Origin: Histomonas meleagridis 2922-C6/04-290x
Taxonomy: Eukaryota > Protista > Parabasalia
DNA: 64,000 nt
Direction: 5' to 3'
NCBI GenBank assembly: GCA_020184695.1
Contig: JAANOX010000245.1
Coordinates: 313,887-377,886, forward strand
A program made the translations under genes and the position numbers. The notes beneath the pieces were generated by a model. It was not told where the DNA came from. It saw only the letters and a program-made list of their open reading frames with translations, and ran no database searches. Shown one piece after another: positions 33,873 to 44,244 of this stretch (positions are counted from its first letter, which is position 1; each line of letters begins with the position of its first letter).

Positions 33873-34637
33873 ATGAAAAATAATGAACACGATTATTATA
33901 ACAGAATAAAAAATTGGGATTTTAGCGATATAAAGTATGAAATAGAAAGTCTAACTGATTGGGATATGTACAAAATATTAAATGAAAAAGCTACAAAAGA
34001 ATCTAGAATACTAGATTTAGGAACAGGTGGAGGAGAAAAGGTAATCAAAGAATTTCCAAATGCACTAGAAATAATCGGAACTGATTTTTCAGAAGAAATG
34101 ATTAATACAGCCAAAGAGAACTTAAAGAAATCTAATAAGCAAAATATTCAATTTAGAGTTATGGATAATTTAAATATGGATACACAAGATGATTATTTTG
34201 ATATAGTAGTAGCAAGACATACATGCATTGATGCAAAGCAAATTTATAAAACATTAAAATTTGGAGGCATGTTAATACTTAGAGGAGTAGATAAATTAGA
34301 TTGTTGGCAACTCAAAAGGCTATTTAATCGAGGTCAAGCTTTCCATGATATAAAACCAATAAGTCAAATTGATTATGAAAATATATTAGATGCTGGCTTT
34401 AAAAATGTCGAACTAGTCCCCATATATTATAGAGAATATTTCAAAACCAAAGAAGACTTATTAGCTTTATTACTAAAAACGCCAATATTGGATGATTTTT
34501 CTGAAGAACAAGAAAATGATAATCTTGTAAAAAAGGAAATTGACATGCAAAAGTTGGATGAATACATAAGCAATAACACAACAGATAAGGGAATTTTACT
34601 GAGAAGAAGATATTATGGAATAGTAGCTAATAAATAA
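33873..34637 (+). CDS. Class I SAM-dependent methyltransferase of bacterial appearance
   Basis: ILDLGTGGGE motif I, GTDFSEEMI and FDIVVARH. Compact 254-aa protein with A-ending codon bias. Confidence 0.8.
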   Translation: MKNNEHDYYNRIKNWDFSDIKYEIESLTDWDMYKILNEKATKESRILDLGTGGGEKVIKEFPNALEIIGTDFSEEMINTAKENLKKSNKQNIQFRVMDNLNMDTQDDYFDIVVARHTCIDAKQIYKTLKFGGMLILRGVDKLDCWQLKRLFNRGQAFHDIKPISQIDYENILDAGFKNVELVPIYYREYFKTKEDLLALLLKTPILDDFSEEQENDNLVKKEIDMQKLDEYISNNTTDKGILLRRRYYGIVANK

Positions 34638-35061
34638 TGTAATAAAATATGATTATAAATATAATTGTAAATAATGATTGGTGAATTATACATAACACCG
34701 CTTTAATTATAAGATAATTGGAGTTGATCGCCTTGTAATTATATGAATTTTTTTATCATTTACATCCAATTATAGCCTAATTTTACTTTCAATTACAATT
34801 AAATTGGTTTTCGAAAATTAGAAGCACTTTTTGATCGGTTTTTATAGAATTACGTTCAAAAAGTGGAATCGATATGTTGATACATAAATCGAATTTAATG
34901 AAAAGAAGCTTTACTGATTTGAACCATAAATGTATCATATAAAGTTAAAACGGTACATAAATACAAAAAGTGGAAGCAAGAATAATCGAATTTTATAATA
35001 TATTTGTTATCCAAAAATTAATTTCTAAATCAAATATAACCAAAAAATTTCAAGTTGTGTT

Positions 35062-35622
35062 TTACCTAGTTGACACTTCAAAGACTGTCCTTAATCCAGT
35101 AAGGCGATGATATGCGTTAGCGAAAGATTTAAGACGATCTTCAACACGTGTCTTATCATGAGAATCAAGGGTAACATATGTTGTTTGCTTTCCGTCAGTA
35201 TCATAGTGAATACGTTTTGCAACAATTGCTGTTGGATAAACAACATCATCAAGAAGACCTTCGTGGACAGCACGAAGTGTACGGCCAGCATTGCGGATTG
35301 CCTTGTAGCGACGTCCTGGTTCTGGGGTCTTTGGAAAAGCACGACGCTTTCCAACAATAACAACTTGTGAATTTTGAAGCTTCTTTTCAAGTTCTGGAAT
35401 GACAATGGTTTGGAATTGATGCCATGCTGCGATTTGTTTGTATGGAACTTCGATGATTATTGTCTTTAAGCCATCGGATTCGACTTCTTTAGCTTGAGTG
35501 ATTTTGAGGTTTTCTAAAACCTTTTTGATTCCTGGTTCTGCACCGGCTGTTACTTCGTTGATTGCTGTAGCAACTTGCTTTTCGAGTGCTGTTGCTTCAC
35601 CTTTCTTTAAAATGGTGTTCAT
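35062..35622 (-). CDS. RPS7: 40S ribosomal protein S7 (eS7)
   Basis: LEKK..VVIVGKRR, RTLRAVHEGLLDDVVYPTAIVAKRI and YHRLTG motifs. Confidence 0.93.
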   Translation of the reverse strand: MNTILKKGEATALEKQVATAINEVTAGAEPGIKKVLENLKITQAKEVESDGLKTIIIEVPYKQIAAWHQFQTIVIPELEKKLQNSQVVIVGKRRAFPKTPEPGRRYKAIRNAGRTLRAVHEGLLDDVVYPTAIVAKRIHYDTDGKQTTYVTLDSHDKTRVEDRLKSFANAYHRLTGLRTVFEVSTR

Positions 35623-35625
35623 TTA

Positions 35626-35630
35626 AAAGG
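35626..35630 (-). promoter_or_regulatory. M5-like CCTTT core promoter motif
   Basis: GGCCTTTTAAATG immediately before the RPS7 start. CCTTT is the described alternative initiator in Trichomonas, notably at ribosomal protein genes. Confidence 0.5.
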
Positions 35631-36055
35631 CCAAAGTTAACCGTCATAACCGCCACGTAATATTCAATTAAAATACCCAAACAAACCTAGTCATTTTATT
35701 CTAATTGTTTTTGCTTGTTGAACAAGACTATTTAATCATATATGCGTAATTTTATCAAGATGTCGTTATTAATAAATGATGTTGTTATTATCTTGATCTT
35801 AATAAATGATTATCATATGATAAAATTTTTTATTTGGATTTTTTTTTAATATATTAATACGAATATTTTTATGAAAAATTATGTTATTTGATATTATAAC
35901 AGTTGTTGTAGCTATGGAACTTCAATATTTATTCATATATTAATATAATTAAATTATATATGTTATATATAGATATGTTATATAATTAAATTATTAAATT
36001 TATAATAAAAAATTTAAAAAATAGTTTTTCGTAATTTATTTAAAATAACTAAAAT

Positions 36056-39000
36056 TTAATCTTTTTTCACGTATTCAGGCATGAACCAATAATACTTCAG
36101 ACATTTTTCATCTTGGCTAATCTTGCACCAATTATCAGGTATGAAGTCATCAATTCTAAACTTTTCAACTTGCGGGAACTTAAATTCTTCTATAATATAT
36201 TGAGATTTCTTTAATTTATAATGTTTCTTAAACTTATTTGGATTTAATTTCTTATTCATTTCTCTATCTCTTTTATATTTACTTATCATAAATAGCACAA
36301 TTTCATTTGGTAAACTTGGTGAAATACTATCTTTCAATTGCGGATTATCACAAATATTACTAATCATTACTAAAGAAGATACAACTTCTCTTGTAAGGGG
36401 CAAAGATAATCTCGCATCATTTTCGAATGCTGAAAGAAAAGAGTTCCAAATGATAGCATTACTCATACAAAATCTCTCAGGGTTTGTAATTATCTTATTC
36501 GCAAGCATAATATCGAATTTCTTAAGATATTCTCTCATCAAATAATAGAAAATAGGCTCAGGAAAACTCATTACTTGTTTGTTTTGTTCAAGAACAGCTA
36601 AAAAGTCAACCAACAATGAATAAAACTCAAACGTGGCTGTAGAGAATCGATTAATTAGAAATTCTGTACGTGCTATACATGGCGCTAACAATGTTGAAAG
36701 CATTGTATCATGGATATAATACAAATTCTTTAAGAATTTGGAGACACGTTTCGGATAGAATTCATATATTGGCGCATAGTGCTGTGTTAATTCTATCAAA
36801 ACAACGACCGTAGTAAATCGATCTTTAAATGTCGACCCGGGAATCTTTGGAAAGTCGGATACAAATACAGCTAATGTGGATTCGAAATGTTCCGATTCCT
36901 CTTTAAATATTTTAGATTCAATAAGTGTGGAAAATATTGGAAATACATAGCGTGTGGATACAAAATTACGTGCTAAAATTGGTGGAGAGGTTAATGTAGG
37001 CCATTCACGTGTTAATACGTCATGGATTAAAAGTTCAGGTGAAATACGCAAATAAGCTTCCATTTGTTTACGCTCTTGAGTATTAAATTCAGAGTCGGAA
37101 TCTGAGACATCAGATGAATAGGATGAGCCGCTGGATGAGGAATGACGTGTGGCGTGCGTACGATCGGAGTAGGATTCACTGCCCGAATAGCTGGAGTCGG
37201 ATTCGGAGGATTCGCTTTTGGCTTTGTTGGAATCAGAAATTGTTGTGTCACGAGCAACAAGCTCTTTCTCACTGGCATGCGGCTCGTCCTGTTCTTTAAT
37301 TTCCTCTTCCTCTTTCCTTAGTCTTTCTTCTTCCTCTTTACGTAATCTTTCTTCTTCTTCTTTCCTTAATCTTTCTTCTTCCTCCTTACGTAATCTTTCT
37401 TCCTCTTCTTTACGTAATCTTTCTTCTTCTTTACGTAATCTTTCTTCTTCTTCTTTTCTTAGTCTTTCTTCTTCTTCTTTCCTTAATCTTTCTTCTTCCT
37501 CCTTACGTAATCTTTCTTCCTCTTCTTTACGTAATCTTTCTTCTTCTTCTTTACGTAATCTTTCTTCTTCCTCTTCACGTAATCTTTCTTCTTCTTCTTT
37601 TCTTAGTCTTTCTTCCTCTTCTTTCCTTAATCTTTCTTCTTCCTCCTTACGCAATCTTTCTTCTTCTTCTTTCCTTAATCTTTCTTCTTCCTCCTTACGT
37701 AATCTTTCTTCCTCTTCTTTACGTAATCTTTCTTCTTCTTCTTTACGTAATCTTTCTTCTTCTTCTTTTCTTAGTCTTTCTTCTTCTTCTTTACGTAATC
37801 TTTCTTCTTCTTCTTTACGTAATCTTTCTTCTTCTTCTTTCCTTAATCTTTCTTCTTCCTCCTTACGTAATCTTTCTTCCTCTTCTTTACGTAATCTTTC
37901 TTCTTCTTCTTTACGCAATCTTTCTTCTTCTTCTTTTCTTAGTCTTTCTTCCTCTTCTTTCCTTAATCTTTCTTCTTCCTCCTTACGCAATCTTTCTTCT
38001 TCTTCTTTTCTTAGTCTTTCTTCTTCCTCCTTACGTAATCTTTCTTCCTCTTCTTTACGTAATCTTTCTTCTTCTTCTTTACGCAATCTTTCTTCTTCTT
38101 CTTTTCTTAGTCTTTCTTCTTCTTCTTTCCTTAATCGTTCTTCTTCCTCCTTACGCAATCTTTCTTCTTCTTCTTTTCTTAGTCTTTCTTCTTCCTCCTT
38201 ACGTAATCTTTCTTCCTCTTCTTTACGTAATCTTTCTTCTTCTTCTTTCCTTAATCTTTCTTCTTCCTCCTTACGCAATCTTTCTTCTTCTTCTTTTCTT
38301 AGTCTTTCTTCTTCTTCTTTACGTAATCTTTCTTCTTCTTCTTTACGTAATCTTTCTTCTTCTTCTTTACGTAATCTTTCTTCTTCTTCTTTACGTAATC
38401 TTTCTTCTTCCTCCTTACGCAATCTTTCTTCTTCTTCTTTTCTTAGTCTTTCTTCTTCTTCTTTCCTTAATCTTTCTTCTTCCTCCTTACGCAATCTTTC
38501 TTCTTCTTCTTTTCTTAGTCTTTCTTCTTCTTCTTTCCTTAATCTTTCTTCTTCCTCCTTACGCAATCTTTCTTCTTCTTCTTTTCTTAGTCTTTCTTCT
38601 TCCTCTTCACGTAATCTTTCTTCTTCTTCTTTTCTTAGTCTTTCTTCCTCTTCTTTCCTTAATCGTTCTTCTTCTTCTTTACGTAATCTTTCTTCTTCTT
38701 CTTTACGTAATCTTTCTTCTTCTTCTTTCCTTAATCGTTCTTCTTCTTCTTTCCTTAGTCTTTCTTCCTCTTCTTTACGCAATCGTTCTTCCTCTTCTTT
38801 ACGTAATCGTTCTTCTTCCTCTTTTCTTAGACGTTCTTCTTCCTCTTTCTTTAGTCGTTTCTCTTCTTCCTTATTTAGGATTTCTCTTTCCTCATTTCGG
38901 AGACGTTCTTCTTCGTTATTTAACATTTCTTCTTCTTTCGCTTTAAGTTTACTCATTTCTTCTTCAAGTCGTCGTTCTTCTCCTTCTTTCCGTCGTCCTT

Positions 39001-42000
39001 CTTCTTCTTCGTTACGATGCCTTTCTTCTTCTTCTTGTTGAATTCGTTCTTCTTCTTCACGTTTAACTCTTCTTTCTTCCTCTTCTTGAACTTTATCTTC
39101 TTCTTCTTTGAGATGTTTTTCTTCGTCTTTTTCTTTTCGCTTTCGTTCTTCTTCTTCCTCTTTAATTCTTTCTTCTTCTTCTTTATGAAAACGCTCTTCT
39201 TTTTGATGAAGTCTCTCCTCTTCTTCTTTATGTAATAACTCTTCTTCTTTTCTCTTTGTTTCTTCTTCCTGTTTTAATTGTTCTTCTCTATCTCTTCGTT
39301 TGCGTTCTTCTTCTTCGTTGTTGAGAAGATCTTCATATTCTTTGATTTGTTCTTCATATTCTTCATGTTGTTTTCGATATTCTTGTTCTCTTCCTTTCTC
39401 TTCTTCAATTTCTCGTTGTTCATTTTCTTTACTTTCAATCATTTTGATCGAATTTTCTTCATCTCGTTGTTTCTTCTCTTGTTCATTTTCCTTATCCAAT
39501 TCTGTTTCTTCTTTATGTCGTGTTTCTTCTTCTTGAAGTTCTTTAGCATGTTTTTCTCGCGTTATTCGTTCTTCTTCTGCTAATTTCGCTTTATATTCTT
39601 CATACTTTAATTCATGTTCACGGGTTTGTCGGTCTCGTTCTTCTTCTTCTTTCCTTATTCGTTCTTCTTCTTCTTTACGATCACGTTCTTCCATTTCGTT
39701 CTTTAATTTTTCTTCTAATTCTTTACGTATTCTCTCTGCTTCCTCCCGACGAAGTCGTTCTTCCTCTTCTTTCTTAAGTCTCTCTTCTTCTTCTTTCCTC
39801 AATCTTTCTTCTTCTTCTTTCCTCAGTCTTTCTTCTTCTTCTTTCCTCAGTCTTTCTTCTTCTTCTTTACGTAATCTTTCTTCTTCTTCTTCTTTCCTCA
39901 GTCTTTCTTCTTCTTTCCTCAATCTTTCTTCTTCTTCTTTCCTCAATCTTTCTTCTTCTTCTTTTCTTAGACGTTCTTCCTCTTCTTTCTTAAGTCTTTC
40001 TTCCTCCTCTTTACGTAATCTCTCTTCTTCTTCTTTCCTCAATCTTTCTTCTTCTTCTTTCCTCAATCTTTCTTCCTCCTCTTTACGTAATCTCTCTTCT
40101 TCTTTCTTAAGTCTTTCTTCTTCCTCTTTACGTAATCTCTCTTCTTCTTCTTTCCTTAATCTTTCCTCTTCCTCCTTACGCAATCGTTCTTCCTCTTCTT
40201 TCCTTAATCTTTCTTCCTCTTCTTTACGCAATCGTTCTTCTTCCTCCTTACGTAATCGTTCTTCTTCTTCTTTCCTTAGTCTTTCTTCCTCTTCTTTCCT
40301 TAATCTTTCTTCTTCTTCTTTCCTTAGTCTTTCTTCCTCTTCTTTCCTTAATCTTTCTTCCTCTTCTTTCCTTAGTCTTTCCTCCTCTTCTTTACGTAAT
40401 CGTTCTTCTTCCTCTTTTCTTAGACGTTCTTCTTCCTCTTTCTTTAGTCGTTTCTCTTCTTCCTTATTTAGGATTTCTCTTTCCTCATTTCGGAGACGTT
40501 CTTCTTCGTTATTTAACATTTCTTCTTCTTTCGCTTTAAGTTTACTCATTTCTTCTTCAAGTCGTCGTTCTTCTCCTTCTTTCCGTCGTCCTTCTTCTTC
40601 TTCGTTACGATGCCTTTCTTCTTCTTCTTGTTGAATTCGTTCTTCTTCTTCACGTTTAACTCTTCTTTCTTCCTCTTCTTGAACTTTATCTTCTTCTTCT
40701 TTGAGATGTTTTTCTTCGTCTTTTTCTTTTCGCTTTCGTTCTTCTTCTTCCTCTTTAATTCTTTCTTCTTCTTCTTTATGTAAACGCTCTTCTTCATCTT
40801 TTCTTATCATTTCTACTTCTTTACTTTGTATCTCTTTATCTTCTTTTCTTCTTCTTTCATCATTTTCTTTATTTAATTTTTCTTCCTCATCTCTCATGAA
40901 AATTTCTTTCTCATTTCTCAATTTTTCTTCTCCTTCTTTCCTTAATCTTTCTTCATCTTCTTCTTTTCTTATCATTTCTTCTTCGAATTTTAATTTTTCT
41001 TCTGCTTCTCTTCGCTTTCTTTCTTCATCATCCTTCGTCAATGTATCTTCTTCATCTTTACGCTTTCTTTCTTCCTCTTCTTGTATCAATCTTTTCTGCT
41101 CTTCTTCCTGTTTTAATTGTTCTTCTCTATCTCTTCGTTTGCGTTCTTCTTCTTCGTTGTTGAGAAGATCTTCATATTCTTTGATTTGTTCTTCATATTC
41201 TTCATGTTGTTTTCGATATTCTTGTTCTCTTCCTTTCTCTTCTTCAATTTCTCGTTGTTCATTTTCTTTACTTTCAATCATTTTGATCGAATTTTCTTCA
41301 TCTCGTTGTTTCTTCTCTTGTTCATTTTCCTTATCCAATTCTGTTTCTTCTTTATGTCGTGTTTCTTCTTCTTGAAGTTCTTTAGCATGTTTTTCTCGCG
41401 TTATTCGTTCTTCTTCTGCTAATTTCGCTTTATATTCTTCATACTTTAATTCATGTTCACGGGTTTGTCGGTCTCGTTCTTCTTCTTCTTTCCTTATTCG
41501 TTCTTCTTCTTCTTTACGATCACGTTCTTCCATTTCGTTCTTTAATTTTTCTTCTAATTCTTTACGTATTCTCTCTGCTTCCTCCCGACGAAGTCGTTCT
41601 TCCTCTTCTTTCTTAAGTCTCTCTTCTTCTTCTTTCCTCAATCTTTCTTCTTCTTCTTTCCTCAGTCTTTCTTCTTCTTCTTTCCTCAGTCTTTCTTCTT
41701 CTTCTTTCCTCAGTCTTTCTTCTTCTTTCCTCAATCTTTCTTCTTCTTCTTTCCTAAGTCTTTCCTCTTCTTCTTTCCTTAATCTTTCTTCCTCCTCTTT
41801 TCTTAGTCGTTCTTCCTCCTCTTTTCTAAGTCTCTCTTCCTCCTCTTTCTTAATACGTTCTTCTTCCTCTTTACGTAGCCTTTCTTCCTCTTCCTTCTTG
41901 AGTCGTTCCTCTTCTTCTTTTCTTAGATCCTCTTCACCATGATCAATCTCAACTGATTTTTCGATAATTTGAGGTTCACTTTCTGATTCCTTCTCTTCTA

Positions 42001-43960
42001 TTTCAGATCTTGTTTCAGCTTCTTCATTTTCTGATTCTGATTCAGACGATTTCTCTTTTTCTGATTCAGATTCTTTTTCTTCGTTTTCTGAATCAGATGT
42101 TGACTTCTCTTTTTCAGAAGATTCGGATTTCTCTGATTCTGTTTTCTCTTCATCTGATTCTTTCTCTTCATTTTCGGATTCAGACTTCTCTTTATCTGAT
42201 GTCGATTCTTTTTCGGATTTCTCTTCATCTGATTCTTTTACTTCATTTTCGGAGTCAGATGTTGACTTCTCTTTTTCGGATTCAGATTTCTCAGATTCTT
42301 TTTCTTCATTTTCTGATTCTGCTTCGGATTTTTCTTCGTCTGATTCTTTTTCTTCATTTTCTTTTTCTGATTCAGATTTCTTTTTATCTGATTCGGACTC
42401 CTTTTCTTCATTTTCATTTTCTGATTCTGACTTTTCTTTTTCTGATGTTGATTCTTTTTCAGATTCAGATTTTTCTTCGTCTGATTCGGACTCTTTTTCT
42501 TCATTTTCTGACTTTTCCTTGTCTGATTCAGATTCTTTTTCTTCATTTTCTTTTTCAGCTTCAGATTTCTCTTTATCAGATTCTGACTCTTTTTCTTCAT
42601 TTTCAGATTTCTCTTTGTCTGATTCTGATTCATTTTCTTCATTTTCTTTTTCATATTCAGATTCTTTTTCTTCATTTTCTGATTTCTCTTTATCTGATGT
42701 TGACTCTTTCTCTGATTCAGATTCTTTTTCTTCGTTTTCGTTTTCTGATTCAGATTTCTCTTTCTCTGATTCTGAATCAGATTTCTTAACCCTTTTCCTT
42801 CTTTTTCTTCTTTGCTTTTTTCGCAACTTTTTCTCTTCTTCTTTTCTATGTCTTTCCATGTCTTCTCTCTTTAACTCTTCTTCTTTCATTTGCAACTTTT
42901 CCTCCTTCTGTTGTAATCTCTCTTTTTCCATTTTCAATCTTTCTTCCTCTAACTTCAGCCTGTATTGTTCTTCAAGCCTTAATCTTTCTTCTTCTTCCTT
43001 ACGTTCCTTTTCTTCTTTCTTCTTTCTTTTATGCTTTTCTTTTCCTTTTTTCAGCTTCTCTTTCTTTTTCTTAATTTTTTCGTCTTCTTTTCTCAATCTT
43101 TCTTCTTCGTTCTTTAATCTTTCCTCTTCTTTTCTTCTCTTTTCTTCTTCCTCTTCTTTTTGTTTTCTTTCTTCCTCTTCTTTTCTCTTTTTCTCTTCTT
43201 CCTCCTTTCGCTTTCTTTCTTCTTCTTCTTCTTTAACAGCTTTCTCGTCAATTATATCAATAACATCAATACTCGCATTTCGCGATTGATGTTTACTTGA
43301 ATGTTTTTTCTTTTTATGTTTTTTACCACTTTTATTACTCATAGATTCTGATGTGGAATCGGCATTTTCATCATGTTTATGATGCCTTTTCTTTTTGTGT
43401 TTACTTTTTTGTTGCTCATTTAATGGTTCATCAAATGAAATTGCTTCTGAAACATCCCATGCAGAAAGTGGAATATGCGCTTCAGGACGTCCAATAAATG
43501 AAATATCATCCATATCGGCTTGATCAACATTGGCTTCTTCTCCGATGGCAACAAGTTGATAAGATGTATATAAAAGTGGAGGAACTGATCTGCCACTTTC
43601 CATTTCTCTGGAAACATAATTGACATTCTTCATCCCATAAAATGGTGCTATATCTATATTCAGTTTCCCGTAAATTTTTTTCTTCTTACCTTTGTTTAAT
43701 GGAACATACCGCTTTAATGTATATGTAACTAATTTTGGACGAACAGATCCATTTGATTTGTTAACATACATAGTACATGGACATTCGAATTTTGCGTTAA
43801 AGAGTAGTTTGTTTTCTTTTGATGATGATATCTCTTCTGTCATTCCTTTTGATTCACCTCGTTCCCATTTTAGTATAAATTTGCTATCATTTTTTGTTCT
43901 TAAATCAACATATATTACCGAGAAATGAAGAGTTGCTTTAACTTTTTTCCACTTATTCAT
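36056..43960 (-). CDS. Giant NT-C2 (EEIG1/EHBP1-like) domain protein with charged-helix repeats and a C-terminal globular domain
   Basis: Intact 2634-aa ORF. N-terminal C2-like region (LKWERG..YGKLNIDIAPF), S/E/K-rich block, EEEERLRK arrays and a ~300-aa globular C-terminus. Confidence 0.75.
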   Translation of the reverse strand: MNKWKKVKATLHFSVIYVDLRTKNDSKFILKWERGESKGMTEEISSSKENKLLFNAKFECPCTMYVNKSNGSVRPKLVTYTLKRYVPLNKGKKKKIYGKLNIDIAPFYGMKNVNYVSREMESGRSVPPLLYTSYQLVAIGEEANVDQADMDDISFIGRPEAHIPLSAWDVSEAISFDEPLNEQQKSKHKKKRHHKHDENADSTSESMSNKSGKKHKKKKHSSKHQSRNASIDVIDIIDEKAVKEEEEERKRKEEEEKKRKEEEERKQKEEEEEKRRKEEERLKNEEERLRKEDEKIKKKKEKLKKGKEKHKRKKKEEKERKEEEERLRLEEQYRLKLEEERLKMEKERLQQKEEKLQMKEEELKREDMERHRKEEEKKLRKKQRRKRRKRVKKSDSESEKEKSESENENEEKESESEKESTSDKEKSENEEKESEYEKENEENESESDKEKSENEEKESESDKEKSEAEKENEEKESESDKEKSENEEKESESDEEKSESEKESTSEKEKSESENENEEKESESDKKKSESEKENEEKESDEEKSEAESENEEKESEKSESEKEKSTSDSENEVKESDEEKSEKESTSDKEKSESENEEKESDEEKTESEKSESSEKEKSTSDSENEEKESESEKEKSSESESENEEAETRSEIEEKESESEPQIIEKSVEIDHGEEDLRKEEEERLKKEEEERLRKEEEERIKKEEEERLRKEEEERLRKEEEERLRKEEEERLRKEEEERLRKEEERLRKEEEERLRKEEEERLRKEEEERLRKEEEERLKKEEEERLRREEAERIRKELEEKLKNEMEERDRKEEEERIRKEEEERDRQTREHELKYEEYKAKLAEEERITREKHAKELQEEETRHKEETELDKENEQEKKQRDEENSIKMIESKENEQREIEEEKGREQEYRKQHEEYEEQIKEYEDLLNNEEEERKRRDREEQLKQEEEQKRLIQEEEERKRKDEEDTLTKDDEERKRREAEEKLKFEEEMIRKEEDEERLRKEGEEKLRNEKEIFMRDEEEKLNKENDERRRKEDKEIQSKEVEMIRKDEEERLHKEEEERIKEEEEERKRKEKDEEKHLKEEEDKVQEEEERRVKREEEERIQQEEEERHRNEEEEGRRKEGEERRLEEEMSKLKAKEEEMLNNEEERLRNEEREILNKEEEKRLKKEEEERLRKEEEERLRKEEEERLRKEEEERLRKEEEERLRKEEEERLRKEEEERLRKEEEERLRKEEEERLRKEEEERLRKEEEERLRKEEEERLRKEEEERLRKEEEERLKKEEERLRKEEEERLRKEEEERLRKEEEERLRKEEEERLKKEEEERLRKEEEERLRKEEEERLRKEEERLRKEEEEERLRKEEEERLRKEEEERLRKEEEERLRKEEEERLKKEEEERLRREEAERIRKELEEKLKNEMEERDRKEEEERIRKEEEERDRQTREHELKYEEYKAKLAEEERITREKHAKELQEEETRHKEETELDKENEQEKKQRDEENSIKMIESKENEQREIEEEKGREQEYRKQHEEYEEQIKEYEDLLNNEEEERKRRDREEQLKQEEETKRKEEELLHKEEEERLHQKEERFHKEEEERIKEEEEERKRKEKDEEKHLKEEEDKVQEEEERRVKREEEERIQQEEEERHRNEEEEGRRKEGEERRLEEEMSKLKAKEEEMLNNEEERLRNEEREILNKEEEKRLKKEEEERLRKEEEERLRKEEEERLRKEEEERLRKEEEERLRKEEEERLRKEEEERLRKEEEERLRKEEEERLRKEEEERLREEEEERLRKEEEERLRKEEEERLRKEEEERLRKEEEERLRKEEEERLRKEEEERLRKEEEERLRKEEEERLRKEEEERLRKEEEERLRKEEEERLRKEEEERLRKEEEERLRKEEEERLRKEEEERLRKEEEERLRKEEEERLRKEEEERLRKEEEERLRKEEEERLRKEEEERLRKEEEERLRKEEEERLRKEEEERLRKEEEERLRKEEEERLRKEEEERLRKEEEERLRKEEEERLRKEEEERLRKEEEERLRKEEEERLRKEEEERLRKEEEERLRKEEEERLRKEEEERLRKEEEERLRKEEEERLRKEEEERLRKEEEERLRKEEEERLRKEEEERLREEEEERLRKEEEERLRKEEEERLRKEEEERLRKEEEERLRKEEEERLRKEEERLRKEEEERLRKEEEERLRKEEEERLRKEEEERLRKEEEEIKEQDEPHASEKELVARDTTISDSNKAKSESSESDSSYSGSESYSDRTHATRHSSSSGSSYSSDVSDSDSEFNTQERKQMEAYLRISPELLIHDVLTREWPTLTSPPILARNFVSTRYVFPIFSTLIESKIFKEESEHFESTLAVFVSDFPKIPGSTFKDRFTTVVVLIELTQHYAPIYEFYPKRVSKFLKNLYYIHDTMLSTLLAPCIARTEFLINRFSTATFEFYSLLVDFLAVLEQNKQVMSFPEPIFYYLMREYLKKFDIMLANKIITNPERFCMSNAIIWNSFLSAFENDARLSLPLTREVVSSLVMISNICDNPQLKDSISPSLPNEIVLFMISKYKRDREMNKKLNPNKFKKHYKLKKSQYIIEEFKFPQVEKFRIDDFIPDNWCKISQDEKCLKYYWFMPEYVKKD
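37310..41930 (-). repeat. Coding 24-nt tandem repeat (EEEERLRK) with a ~1.6-1.8 kb internal duplication
   Basis: Continuous array at ~37310-38830 plus shorter arrays. Duplicated blocks at offsets 1593 (38821/40414) and 1839 (39278/41117). Confidence 0.9.
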
Positions 43961-44244
43961 TAAACCCCAACAAAAAAAACCGGCCTATCGTTTTTGAATA
44001 AAGAAAAATTGACAGTATTGTCAATAGAAAAAGTGAAAAATTTGAATTTAAATTTAAAAAAAACGATGGTGTTTTCTGTATCGCCGATGAACTCTGGTTA
44101 TTTTGGAATAATTTCACCAAATTTATTTCATCCGTAAAAATTGATATTTTTTTAAAAAATAGTTGATGCTTTAAATTTTTAAAGTCGAAAAGGTATAAAA
44201 AATTCATGTATACGATTTACTTTTCATTTTTATTAAAACAATTA

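Noticed and set aside
37310-38830. Possible CRISPR-like array
   Set aside because: Contiguous coding 24-nt repeats with no unique spacers, in a eukaryotic gene.
37218-39041. 607-aa + strand Ser-rich ORF and other + strand ORFs up to 43289
   Set aside because: Antisense shadows of the EEEERLRK and S/E/K repeats.
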